The position numbers and the translations under genes were made by a program. A model generated the notes under the pieces. It did not search any database, was not told the DNA's origin, and saw only the letters and a list, made by a program, of their open reading frames with translations. Source: Oscillospiraceae bacterium (GTDB taxonomy: Bacteria; Bacillota; Clostridia; Lachnospirales; Lachnospiraceae). Taken from it: 44,262 nt of DNA. The stretch covers positions 1 through 44,262 of the forward strand of contig CAVDGK010000001.1 in assembly GCA_963607995.1 (NCBI GenBank), written 5' to 3'. Below, in pieces: positions 36,091-44,262 of this stretch. The number at the start of each line of letters is the position of its first letter. The first letter of the stretch is position 1.

Positions 36091-37567
36091 GAGCATTATG
36101 GTACAGGGCACTATGTCGGGAGCCGGCAAAAGCCTTCTGACGGCAGCCCTTTGCCGTATTTTCAAAGAAGATGGTTATAAAGTAGCTCCTTTTAAAAGTC
36201 AGAATATGGCCCTTAACAGTTATATTACGGCAGATGGTTTGGAAATGGGACGTGCGCAGGTGGTTCAGGCTTATGCAGCCGGACTGGAGCCGGATGTCCG
36301 TATGAATCCCATTCTGCTCAAACCTTCCAGTGATGTGGGAAGCCAGCTGATCGTTGGAGGAAAAGTCAGAGGCGACTACTCCGCCAAGAATTATTTTAAA
36401 ATGAAGAAGAGCCTCATTCCGGAGATCATGGAGGCTTATAACAGTCTTGCTTCAGAAAATGACATTATGGTTATAGAAGGGGCCGGCTCACCTGCTGAGA
36501 TTAACCTGAAAGAGGATGATATCGTCAATATGGGTTTTGCCAAACTTTCAAATTCGCCGGTTATTCTTGTAGGGGACATCGACCGGGGTGGTGTATTTGC
36601 TCAGCTTTATGGAACGATTGCTCTTCTTGAAGAAGATGAAAGGAAACGTATCATCGGAACGGTTATCAATAAATTCCGGGGAGACGTGGATATTTTAAAG
36701 CCGGGGCTTTCCATGCTGGAAGAAAAAACGGGAATTCCGGTGTTGGGAGTTGTGCCTTATACGAAGGCAAAGATTGATGACGAGGATTCTCTGGCACCAT
36801 CCCTGGAAGAGACGAAGGTTCATAAGGTGATCGATATTGCAGTTATCCGTCTTCCGCGGATATCAAACTTTACGGATCTGACACCCCTTGAGCAGCATCC
36901 GGCTCTGGGAGTTCGGTATGTTTCGCATATGGAAGAACTTGGAAATCCGGATTTTATTATTCTTCCGGGAACAAAAAATACCATGGGTGATCTTGAGTGG
37001 CTTCGAGAAAATGGACTTGAAATGCGTATCCGCCAGCTTTATGCCAAAGGGACACCAGTCCTTGGAATCTGTGGTGGCTATCAGATGCTGGGAGAAAAAT
37101 TAAGCGATCCTGAAAATGTTGAGCATGGTGGTGAAATGACCGGCATAGGCATTCTTCCTATAGAAACGGTTTTTGCCGGACAGAAGGTGAGGACGCGGGT
37201 AAGCGGACAGGTGGCAGGTTCACCATTTGAGCATGCTCAGATAGAAGGTTATGAAATTCACATGGGAAAAAGCATAAGCACGAGAGAAGTTCAGCCATTT
37301 TGTATATTCCCGGATGGACATACAGACGGGGTATCCCTTGAAAATGCCTGGGGCACTTATCTCCATGGCCTCTTTGATACAGGAGAACTGGTAACGACTT
37401 TGGCAGATTTCCTTCTTACAAGGAAGGGTCTGAGTACAGGAAACTATGAAGCTGTCAGCCATAAAGCCTACCAGGAGGAACAGCTTGACATCCTGGCAAA
37501 AGAAGTCAGAAGCGGCCTTGATATGGAGGCCATTTATCGGGCGATGGATAAATTTAATTTGCATTAA
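36083..37567 (+). CDS. cbiP: Cobyric acid synthase (CobQ)
   Basis: QGTMSGAGKS, PFKSQNMALNS, EGAGSPAEINL, GICGGYQMLG, GYEIHMG, GTYLHG. Confidence 0.97.
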   Translation: MSKSIMVQGTMSGAGKSLLTAALCRIFKEDGYKVAPFKSQNMALNSYITADGLEMGRAQVVQAYAAGLEPDVRMNPILLKPSSDVGSQLIVGGKVRGDYSAKNYFKMKKSLIPEIMEAYNSLASENDIMVIEGAGSPAEINLKEDDIVNMGFAKLSNSPVILVGDIDRGGVFAQLYGTIALLEEDERKRIIGTVINKFRGDVDILKPGLSMLEEKTGIPVLGVVPYTKAKIDDEDSLAPSLEETKVHKVIDIAVIRLPRISNFTDLTPLEQHPALGVRYVSHMEELGNPDFIILPGTKNTMGDLEWLRENGLEMRIRQLYAKGTPVLGICGGYQMLGEKLSDPENVEHGGEMTGIGILPIETVFAGQKVRTRVSGQVAGSPFEHAQIEGYEIHMGKSISTREVQPFCIFPDGHTDGVSLENAWGTYLHGLFDTGELVTTLADFLLTRKGLSTGNYEAVSHKAYQEEQLDILAKEVRSGLDMEAIYRAMDKFNLH

Positions 37568-37683
37568 AAATTGACAAACAAAACGCTAGCCGTTGATATC
37601 TTTTTTTGATCGAAAATAAGGCAAAAAAGAAGTGAAATTGAAGTAATATTGAAGCAGGAGAACAAGACTGGAGGAAAATATAA

Positions 37684-38358
37684 ATGCAGTACACACATCT
37701 GACACCTTCGGATATTGAACGGACAAGCATGTCGATCATTTCGAAAGAGCTTGAAGAAATGGGCATTAAAATTCCGGAAGAAAATATGGCAGTGGTGAAA
37801 AGAGTTATTCATACCACGGCAGATTTTGAATTTGCAAAGACACTTAAATTTACTTCAAATGCGACGCAAAGAGCTGCCGAGGCTATTACCAAAGGCATTA
37901 CCATTGTGACAGATACCAATATGGCCAAGTCCGGTATCAGCCAGATTGGTCTTGATAAATTTGGCGGCAGGAAAGAGTGTTTTATGTCCGATGCGGACAT
38001 TGCGCAGGAAGCAAAAAATGAAGGCACAACCCGGGCGGCAGCATCCATGAAGAAAGCAGCAAAGCTTTACCCGGGATGTGGGATTGCCTGCGGCAATGCT
38101 CCAACAGCCCTTATTGAAATCTGCCGGCTGATTCGGGAGGAGGGTTTCCGACCGGCTTTTGTGGCAGCCATACCTGTTGGTTTTGTGAATGTAGTGGAAG
38201 CCAAGGAAGAAATCTTCGAACTTTGTGGAGAACGGGATATTCCCTGCATCGCAGCCATGGGAAGAAAAGGCGGCAGTACCATCGCAGCTACCATTTGCAA
38301 TGCTCTTATTTATTCCGCAGCTGACATGCTGGATCCGGCAAAACGCGGATGGAACTAA
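37684..38358 (+). CDS. cbiC: Cobalt-precorrin-8 methylmutase
   Basis: IE..SM.II, RVIHTTADF, TDTNM, GNAPTAL, PVGFVNVVEAK, GRKGGS. Confidence 0.96.
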   Translation: MQYTHLTPSDIERTSMSIISKELEEMGIKIPEENMAVVKRVIHTTADFEFAKTLKFTSNATQRAAEAITKGITIVTDTNMAKSGISQIGLDKFGGRKECFMSDADIAQEAKNEGTTRAAASMKKAAKLYPGCGIACGNAPTALIEICRLIREEGFRPAFVAAIPVGFVNVVEAKEEIFELCGERDIPCIAAMGRKGGSTIAATICNALIYSAADMLDPAKRGWN

Positions 38359-38408
38359 GTATATGACAGGTATCGGAAAGAAAAATATATTTCAAATAAC
38401 TATGCAAA

Positions 38409-38448
38409 AAAAGCCTGCTTCAGAATTGAGGTTCTGAAACAGGCTTTT
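38409..38448. terminator. Bidirectional terminator between cbiC and the LacI gene
   Basis: AAAAGCCTG.TTCAGAA-loop-TTCTGAA.CAGGCTTTT. Confidence 0.75.
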
Positions 38449-38515
38449 ACTGTTAGAGCAAAACGAGAGTCCTAATTTTATTCGAGCAAGCAGCGGTGCG
38501 GATTGCGAATGCCCT

Positions 38516-39571
38516 TTACTTTTTATTAAATGCAGCGGTAGTTTCCCTGAGCACAAGTTTGGCAGATACGGTGGCACGCACCGGGCTAAAATCATATTTA
38601 GGTGCATACATTTCATTTTGAGTGATTTTTTCCAGAAGGAAATTCACAGCTAAATGTCCAATTTGATCTTTATTAATGCAAACAGTGGTAAGGGGTGGCT
38701 CAGACATGGAACTAAAAGGCATGTCATCAAAGCCGATGATGGATATATCTTCCGGGATGCTGTAGCCGTGAGCTTTGAGAGCCCGCATGGCTGAAAGGGC
38801 GATGAAATCATTTTCTGCAAAGAGGGCAGAAGGCGGAACATTGCCATCATCCAGCCATTTATTCATATCGGCGAAAGCCTGCTCCGATGAAATGCCGACA
38901 TTGATGATGCAGGGGACTTTGTCATCTGGAAGATTGGCGGCATGACGGGCTTTTTCATAACCTGCCTGACGCTCATCAAAATTATCGATTCGTTCAACGG
39001 ATCGAAGGTAACCTACATCCGGATGTCCGAGGCTGAAGAGGTAAGAAACAGCCTTATAAGCACCATCCAGATTTCCGGTGACGACACAGTCTGCATCCAC
39101 CAGAGTGGTGGCATTATCCACCAGAACCACAGGCTGATGCAGTGATTTGATGGCCGGGCAGCTGAGAGCTTTTAAAATATGTTCGTCCCGAATATCTGTG
39201 GCCAGCACAATGAAACCGGCTGTATCTCGAATCATTATCTCCAGTTGGGAATTCCAGTCTTTTGATGCATCAAAATAAGTGATGACCACTTCACATCCAT
39301 ATTCGCTGGCCACATCTTCAATTCCTTTAAGAACCAGAGAGGAGAAGTTGGTTTCCTGAACAACGTGTTCGTTATTGTAGAAAACCACATAACGGATATG
39401 ACGTTTAATGGAAGGCACGGACTTCTTTTTTTTGTAACCGCATTTTTCGAGTTCGGCGAGAATTCGCTGCCTGGTTTCTTCACTGATACCGGATTTGCCA
39501 TTTATGGCAAAGGAGACGGCAGAGGGCGAGACTCCAAGTTTTTGGGCGATGGATTTTACGGTTGGTTTCAT
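38516..39571 (-). CDS. LacI family regulator, probable arabinose repressor
   Basis: HTH TVKSIAQKLGVSPSAVS..NGK.GIS..TR; IPEDISIIGFDD, PPLTTV; divergent from araA. Confidence 0.93.
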   Translation of the reverse strand: MKPTVKSIAQKLGVSPSAVSFAINGKSGISEETRQRILAELEKCGYKKKKSVPSIKRHIRYVVFYNNEHVVQETNFSSLVLKGIEDVASEYGCEVVITYFDASKDWNSQLEIMIRDTAGFIVLATDIRDEHILKALSCPAIKSLHQPVVLVDNATTLVDADCVVTGNLDGAYKAVSYLFSLGHPDVGYLRSVERIDNFDERQAGYEKARHAANLPDDKVPCIINVGISSEQAFADMNKWLDDGNVPPSALFAENDFIALSAMRALKAHGYSIPEDISIIGFDDMPFSSMSEPPLTTVCINKDQIGHLAVNFLLEKITQNEMYAPKYDFSPVRATVSAKLVLRETTAAFNKK

Positions 39572-39862
39572 GAGAGTTATTCCTTTATTGATTTTAAGGC
39601 TGATAATACCTGGATTGCTGCGCATCGTGTGTCTGCGTTAAGCGATTTGTACGTGTGACCTTGGTATCATTATATAAAAGGAAAAATAAAATACAAGCGC
39701 AACTAAAATATTTAGCTTATTTTCCGAAATAATTTTGTCAAATAGCATAAAAAACAGAGGGCTGAACTATCTATTCTTAACAAAAGTAAAAAAATACAGG
39801 GATTTTCGTTGACATTCGGCTAATTTAGAACTAAAAAGTAAGTAAATAAAACTTACACAGTG

Positions 39863-39878
39863 AACTAAAAGTTTAGTT
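39863..39878. promoter_or_regulatory. Candidate operator palindrome upstream of araA
   Basis: AACTAAA-AG-TTTAGTT; related sites at 39701-39717 and 39829-39843; TTGACA at 39809-14. Confidence 0.5.
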
Positions 39879-39906
39879 GCAAAAGCAAAAAATGGAGGAT
39901 AAATCA

Positions 39907-41337
39907 ATGAGCAAATTATATTTCATTCCCGGCAGCCAGGACCTTTACGGAGAAGAATGCCTGCGTCAGGTTAAGGCTGACTGCCAGCAGATGGTGGATT
40001 TCTTCAATGAGAAGTTGGGAGATACCATTACCTTCGAACTTCTTCCGACCGTTGAAACCTCTGCAATCTGCGTTGAGGATATGAAGAAAGTTATGACTGA
40101 TGATGACTGCGTTGGTGTTGTGACATGGATGCATACATTCTCACCGGCCAAAATGTGGATCAAAGGTCTGCAGCTCCTCAAGAAACCCCTCCTTCATCTT
40201 CATACACAGGCTAATGAAAAGCTTCCCTATTCTGAAATCGATATGGATTTCATGAACCTGAATCAGGCAGCTCACGGCGATCGTGAATATGGATATATCC
40301 TTGCCAGAATGAACATCCGTCACGAAGTTGTTGCAGGTTTCTATCAGCATGAAAGAGTTCTTGAGAAGATCCGCAAATTTGCTCAGGTTGCCAAGGCTAT
40401 TGACTGCTCACACAATATGAGAGTCGCTACTTTCGGAAACAACATGAGAGACGTTGCTGTTACAGACGGCAACAGACTGGAAGCTGAGATCAAATACGGT
40501 TGGGAAATCAAATACTGGGGTATTGGTGAGATCGTTAAACTGGCTGCTGAAGCAACAGATGCAGAAGTTGATGCCAAGATGGAAGAATATCTTTCCAAAT
40601 ACACCATGGATACAGATAATACAGATGCTGTCCGTGAACAGGCAAGATATGAAATCGCTTTCGAGAAATTCCTGGCTGAAAATAAATGCATGGCCTTTAC
40701 AGATACATTCCAGGATCTCTTCAATATGAACCAGCTGCCGGGTATCGCTGCTCAGAATCTGATGGCTAAGGGTGTTGGTTTTGGTCCGGAAGGCGATTAT
40801 AAGATCGCTGCTTTCTCAGCTGTTCTTATGAAGATGGCTGAAGGCCGTGAAGGTGCTACAGGCTTCATTGAAGACTATACATATGACCTGACACCAGGCA
40901 AGGAACTTGAACTGGCTTCCCATATGCTTGAAGTTCCGGCTTCCTTTGCAGCTACAAAGCCGAAGATCCAGGTTCATCCCCTTGGCATTGGCGGCAAAGC
41001 TGACCCGGCACGTCTGGTATTTGACTCTGTTACAGGCGATGGCATCCAGGTAACACTGGTTGATATGGGCGATCATTTCCGCATTATCTGCGCTGATATT
41101 GAACTGGTAGAGGTTCCGCAGCCAATGCCGAAGCTTCCGGTTGCTCAGATCATGTATCGCCATAAACCGAACTTCGAGATCGGTACAGCAGCTTGGTGCT
41201 ATGCAGGTGGTGCTCACCACTCAGTTGTTTCTACAACACTGACAAGAGCTGATATTGCTATGTTCGCTAAGCTGACTGGTACAGAACTCATCACCATTGG
41301 CGATGACACAACAGAAGCTGATCTGATGAAATTCTAA
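39907..41337 (+). CDS. araA: L-arabinose isomerase
   Basis: GSQDLYG, WMHTFSPAKMWI, MDFMNLNQAAHGDRE, GFGPEGD, EDYTY, SHMLEV, GGAHH. Confidence 0.97.
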   Translation: MSKLYFIPGSQDLYGEECLRQVKADCQQMVDFFNEKLGDTITFELLPTVETSAICVEDMKKVMTDDDCVGVVTWMHTFSPAKMWIKGLQLLKKPLLHLHTQANEKLPYSEIDMDFMNLNQAAHGDREYGYILARMNIRHEVVAGFYQHERVLEKIRKFAQVAKAIDCSHNMRVATFGNNMRDVAVTDGNRLEAEIKYGWEIKYWGIGEIVKLAAEATDAEVDAKMEEYLSKYTMDTDNTDAVREQARYEIAFEKFLAENKCMAFTDTFQDLFNMNQLPGIAAQNLMAKGVGFGPEGDYKIAAFSAVLMKMAEGREGATGFIEDYTYDLTPGKELELASHMLEVPASFAATKPKIQVHPLGIGGKADPARLVFDSVTGDGIQVTLVDMGDHFRIICADIELVEVPQPMPKLPVAQIMYRHKPNFEIGTAAWCYAGGAHHSVVSTTLTRADIAMFAKLTGTELITIGDDTTEADLMKF

Positions 41338-41568
41338 TAAAAGAGAATTGAAAATGGGCATTTTTCGAAAAATTGCAAAGAGTGATTTTTCACTGAAACG
41401 TGATGGGAAAAAGCTCATAAATTAAATGCAAAAAGATAGATAATGAGCTGTACATTTATGTTAAACTGATGTTATGAATGTACGGCTCATTGTTCGTAGA
41501 ATTGCGTAAGCAACAGGCAGTGAAGCAATTCGTAAGTCGTATTTTGTGCAAATACAGGAGGAATAAAA

Positions 41569-43173
41569 ATGGCAGGAACAAATGCAGCTGAGCTGATCGC
41601 AAACGGCCAGGCCGTTATCGGTATCGAATTTGGCTCAACCCGTATCAAGGCAGTTCTTATTGATGAAGAATGCAAGCCCATCGCTAATGGTGAGCATAGC
41701 TGGGAAAATCACCTGGAAGACGGATTCTGGACATATTCTCTGGAGGAAATCCATGCAGGTCTTAAAGATTGCTATGCTGATCTTAAAAAGAATGTTAAAG
41801 AACAGTATGGTGTTACTCTTAAGAAGGCAGCTGCCATCGGTTTCAGTGCTATGATGCATGGTTATCTGGCATTCGATGAAAATGATAACCTTCTGGTTCC
41901 GTTCCGTACCTGGAGAAATTCCACCACAGGTCCGGCAGCAGAGGAACTTTCCGCTCTTCTTAAATTCAACATTCCCCAGAGATGGAGTGTTTCTCATATT
42001 TATCAGGCAATCTTAAATGGTGAAGAGCATGTTGGCAAAGTCAGCTTCATGACCACCCTGGCAGGTTATGTGCATTATCTTCTGACAGGCAAGAAGGTTC
42101 TGGGTGTTGGCGATGCAGCCGGTATGTTCCCTATTGATTCTTCCATCTGCGATTTCGATGCAGCTATGCTGGAGAAATTTGATGCCCTGACCACCACAAA
42201 GGGATGGAATAAGAATCTTAAGGATGTTCTGCCGAAGGTTTTAAGCGCAGGTGAGGATGCAGGCTGTCTGACAGCAGAGGGCGCTGCTTTCCTTGATCCG
42301 GAAGGTGATCTGGAAGCTGGTATTCCTATGGCTCCGCCTGAAGGTGATGCCGGAACCGGTATGGCCGCAACCAACAGCGTTGGCGTCAGAACAGGTAACG
42401 TATCTGCCGGCACCAGTATTTTCTCCATGGTTGTTCTGGAGAAGCCGCTGTCAAATTATTATGAAGAAATCGATATGGTTACCACACCGTCAGGTGAACC
42501 GGTTGCCATGGTTCATTGCAATAACTGCACTTCCGATATTAACAGCTGGGTTGGCCTGCTGAAGGATGTGCTCAATACTTTCGGCGTTAATCCTTCCGGT
42601 AATGATCTTTACACCACACTTTACAAGACAGCACTGAAGGGTGATCCGGCATGCAAGGGTCTCATGGCTTACAATTATGTATCCGGTGAGCAGATCACAC
42701 ATATGGAAGAAGGTCGTCCGCTCTTTGTGAAGATGCCGGAATGTGATCTTTCCCTGGCTAACTTTATGAGAACCCATATCCAGAGTGCTATCGCTACTCT
42801 GAAGATTGGTAATGATATCCTGACCAAGTCTGAAAAGGTTAACGTTGATAAGATCTATGGTCATGGCGGTCTCTTCAAGACCGAGCTGGTAGGACAGAAG
42901 ATCATGGCCGGTGCCCTGAATATGCCGGTAGCTGTTATGCAGACAGCCGGAGAGGGTGGCCCATGGGGTATGGCTCTTCTGGCTTCCTATCTTGTTCGCA
43001 AGGAAGAGGGTGAAACCCTTGAAAAATATCTGGCAAATAAGGTGTTTAAGGGTGAAGAAGGCACCAAAGTTGATCCGGATCCGGTGGATGTGGAAGGCTT
43101 CGAAGAATTCATCGAACGTTATAAGAAGGGTCTTTCCATCGAAAGAGCTGCCGTTGACAGCATGAAAGGCTGA
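41569..43173 (+). CDS. FGGY-family pentulose kinase, probably L-ribulokinase by context
   Basis: [49 protein letters not shown]. Confidence 0.9.
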   Translation: MAGTNAAELIANGQAVIGIEFGSTRIKAVLIDEECKPIANGEHSWENHLEDGFWTYSLEEIHAGLKDCYADLKKNVKEQYGVTLKKAAAIGFSAMMHGYLAFDENDNLLVPFRTWRNSTTGPAAEELSALLKFNIPQRWSVSHIYQAILNGEEHVGKVSFMTTLAGYVHYLLTGKKVLGVGDAAGMFPIDSSICDFDAAMLEKFDALTTTKGWNKNLKDVLPKVLSAGEDAGCLTAEGAAFLDPEGDLEAGIPMAPPEGDAGTGMAATNSVGVRTGNVSAGTSIFSMVVLEKPLSNYYEEIDMVTTPSGEPVAMVHCNNCTSDINSWVGLLKDVLNTFGVNPSGNDLYTTLYKTALKGDPACKGLMAYNYVSGEQITHMEEGRPLFVKMPECDLSLANFMRTHIQSAIATLKIGNDILTKSEKVNVDKIYGHGGLFKTELVGQKIMAGALNMPVAVMQTAGEGGPWGMALLASYLVRKEEGETLEKYLANKVFKGEEGTKVDPDPVDVEGFEEFIERYKKGLSIERAAVDSMKG

Positions 43174-43227
43174 TCAAGATAGCTGAAATCAAAAACAGAT
43201 GAAAAACAGCAGTAAGTAAATAATATG

Positions 43228-43269
43228 ATCGAGTAGGAACTGGAGATTACCACTTCCTACTCGATTTTT
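43228..43269 (+). terminator. Terminator after the kinase gene
   Basis: ATCGAGTAGGAA...TTCCTACTCGAT-TTTT. Confidence 0.7.
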
Positions 43270-43457
43270 ATTTGAAATGGGTTAAAGTGTTTTACATAAA
43301 GTCAGTAACGGACTTTTTTGGAAAATTCGAATAAAAAGTTAGCAATCTTTTTGCCGGATTTCTATACAGAAAGTAGTAATGTGGCTAAGAGTTTGAATCT
43401 TTTGAAACGAATCAAATTTAATAATAAGTCCAATACGGATACGACAAAGTGATAACT

Positions 43458-44262
43458 TCACTTTGTCGTATCATCATTATCTATTTCTTTGACAAATTTT
43501 ATAAATCGCTGCACGGATTCTTCGATTTCATTCTCTTTTTTCCACACCAGGCCGATTTTGGAGGTAATGGTGGGTGTGATGGGAATGCGGACGATATCCT
43601 TATCATCGATAGGGATGCAGCCATACATGAAGGCACCGGCCAGATTGTCATGCACCATTTTAATAGTGGTCATAAGCTGGCTTGAGTACATAAGGACATG
43701 GGGCGTAAACCCGACAGAATTATAGCGGGAAAACATGGTCTGATTCTGGACCGAATCCCGATCAAAGAAAATGAGAGGCATATCTCCGATCATTTCCAGT
43801 GTCAGAGTCTTTTCTTTTGCCAATGGATTTTTCTTTGAAATACAGAAGACATAAGATTCTTCACTCATGACATGATAATTAAAACGGTCAACATTGTAGA
43901 AATCCAGATTGGCCAGGGCCAGATCCAGTTCCTTCGTGTCAACCAGGTTGCAGGCTCTCATGGATCCGTAACTGTAGAGCTGCATGGGAATATCATAAAT
44001 CTTTTGAAATTCCGTCATAAGACGGGGGAAATAAACGCTGCTGAGCATGGGTGGAATGCCGATCTTCAGCGGTTTTTTTGATGTAGAAGTCATGGAAAAT
44101 TCAGTATGCAGGTCGTAGCAGTTGTTAAGAATATGGGAAGCTTTTTTATAAAAAGCTTCGCCCTCCGGCGTTAATGTGATCTGGTTTTTTCCATGAATGA
44201 AAAGTCGGAGATGGAATTCATTTTCAAGATTTCGAAGGGCGACGGAAATCGTTGGCTGGGAG
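43458..44262 (-). CDS. LysR family transcriptional regulator, 5' end beyond the window
   Basis: Frame stays open to the edge: SQPTISVALRNLENEF...LF...ITLTPEGE (LysR HTH), then LKIGIPP substrate-binding domain. Confidence 0.92.
   Translation of the reverse strand, partial: SQPTISVALRNLENEFHLRLFIHGKNQITLTPEGEAFYKKASHILNNCYDLHTEFSMTSTSKKPLKIGIPPMLSSVYFPRLMTEFQKIYDIPMQLYSYGSMRACNLVDTKELDLALANLDFYNVDRFNYHVMSEESYVFCISKKNPLAKEKTLTLEMIGDMPLIFFDRDSVQNQTMFSRYNSVGFTPHVLMYSSQLMTTIKMVHDNLAGAFMYGCIPIDDKDIVRIPITPTITSKIGLVWKKENEIEESVQRFIKFVKEIDNDDTTK

Noticed and set aside
37571..37600. Internal promoter for cbiC
   Set aside because: Perfect TTGACA but no convincing -10 at 16-18 bp spacing.

Overview
Chromosomal window from an anaerobic low-GC Firmicute; gene content and style suggest Lachnospiraceae/Clostridia (inference). 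Left part (1-11.6 kb): probable 3' end of 6S RNA, a solo HicB-like gene, THF riboswitch-folT, glmS (no canonical glmS ribozyme seen), Crp/Fnr regulator, YeiH exporter, flavodoxin-like protein, MATE, acyltransferase, cyclophilin lipoprotein and a NUDIX hydrolase. Centre (11.8-38.4 kb): a compact cobalamin riboswitch heads a cluster of a ~1880-aa secreted multi-domain protein ending in a half substrate-binding-protein domain, a BtuFCD-like ABC transporter and anaerobic corrin biosynthesis genes (cbiD L F G H J ET A B, cobD, cbiP, cbiC). A ~3.9-kb AT-richer insert splits the cbi genes. It carries an ABC/AAA ATPase with a possibly decayed partner, a structured leader with a probable antisense RNA, and a DUF4417-like gene coupled to a Gly-leader toxin-like gene and an immunity-like gene. 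Right part: LacI-type regulator divergent from araA and an FGGY kinase, then a truncated LysR gene. Best novelty candidates: the DUF4417/toxin/immunity module, the riboswitch-controlled giant protein, a ~180-nt structured repeat with compensatory base changes, and a non-canonical glmS leader. All family assignments are by motif recognition; no searches were run.
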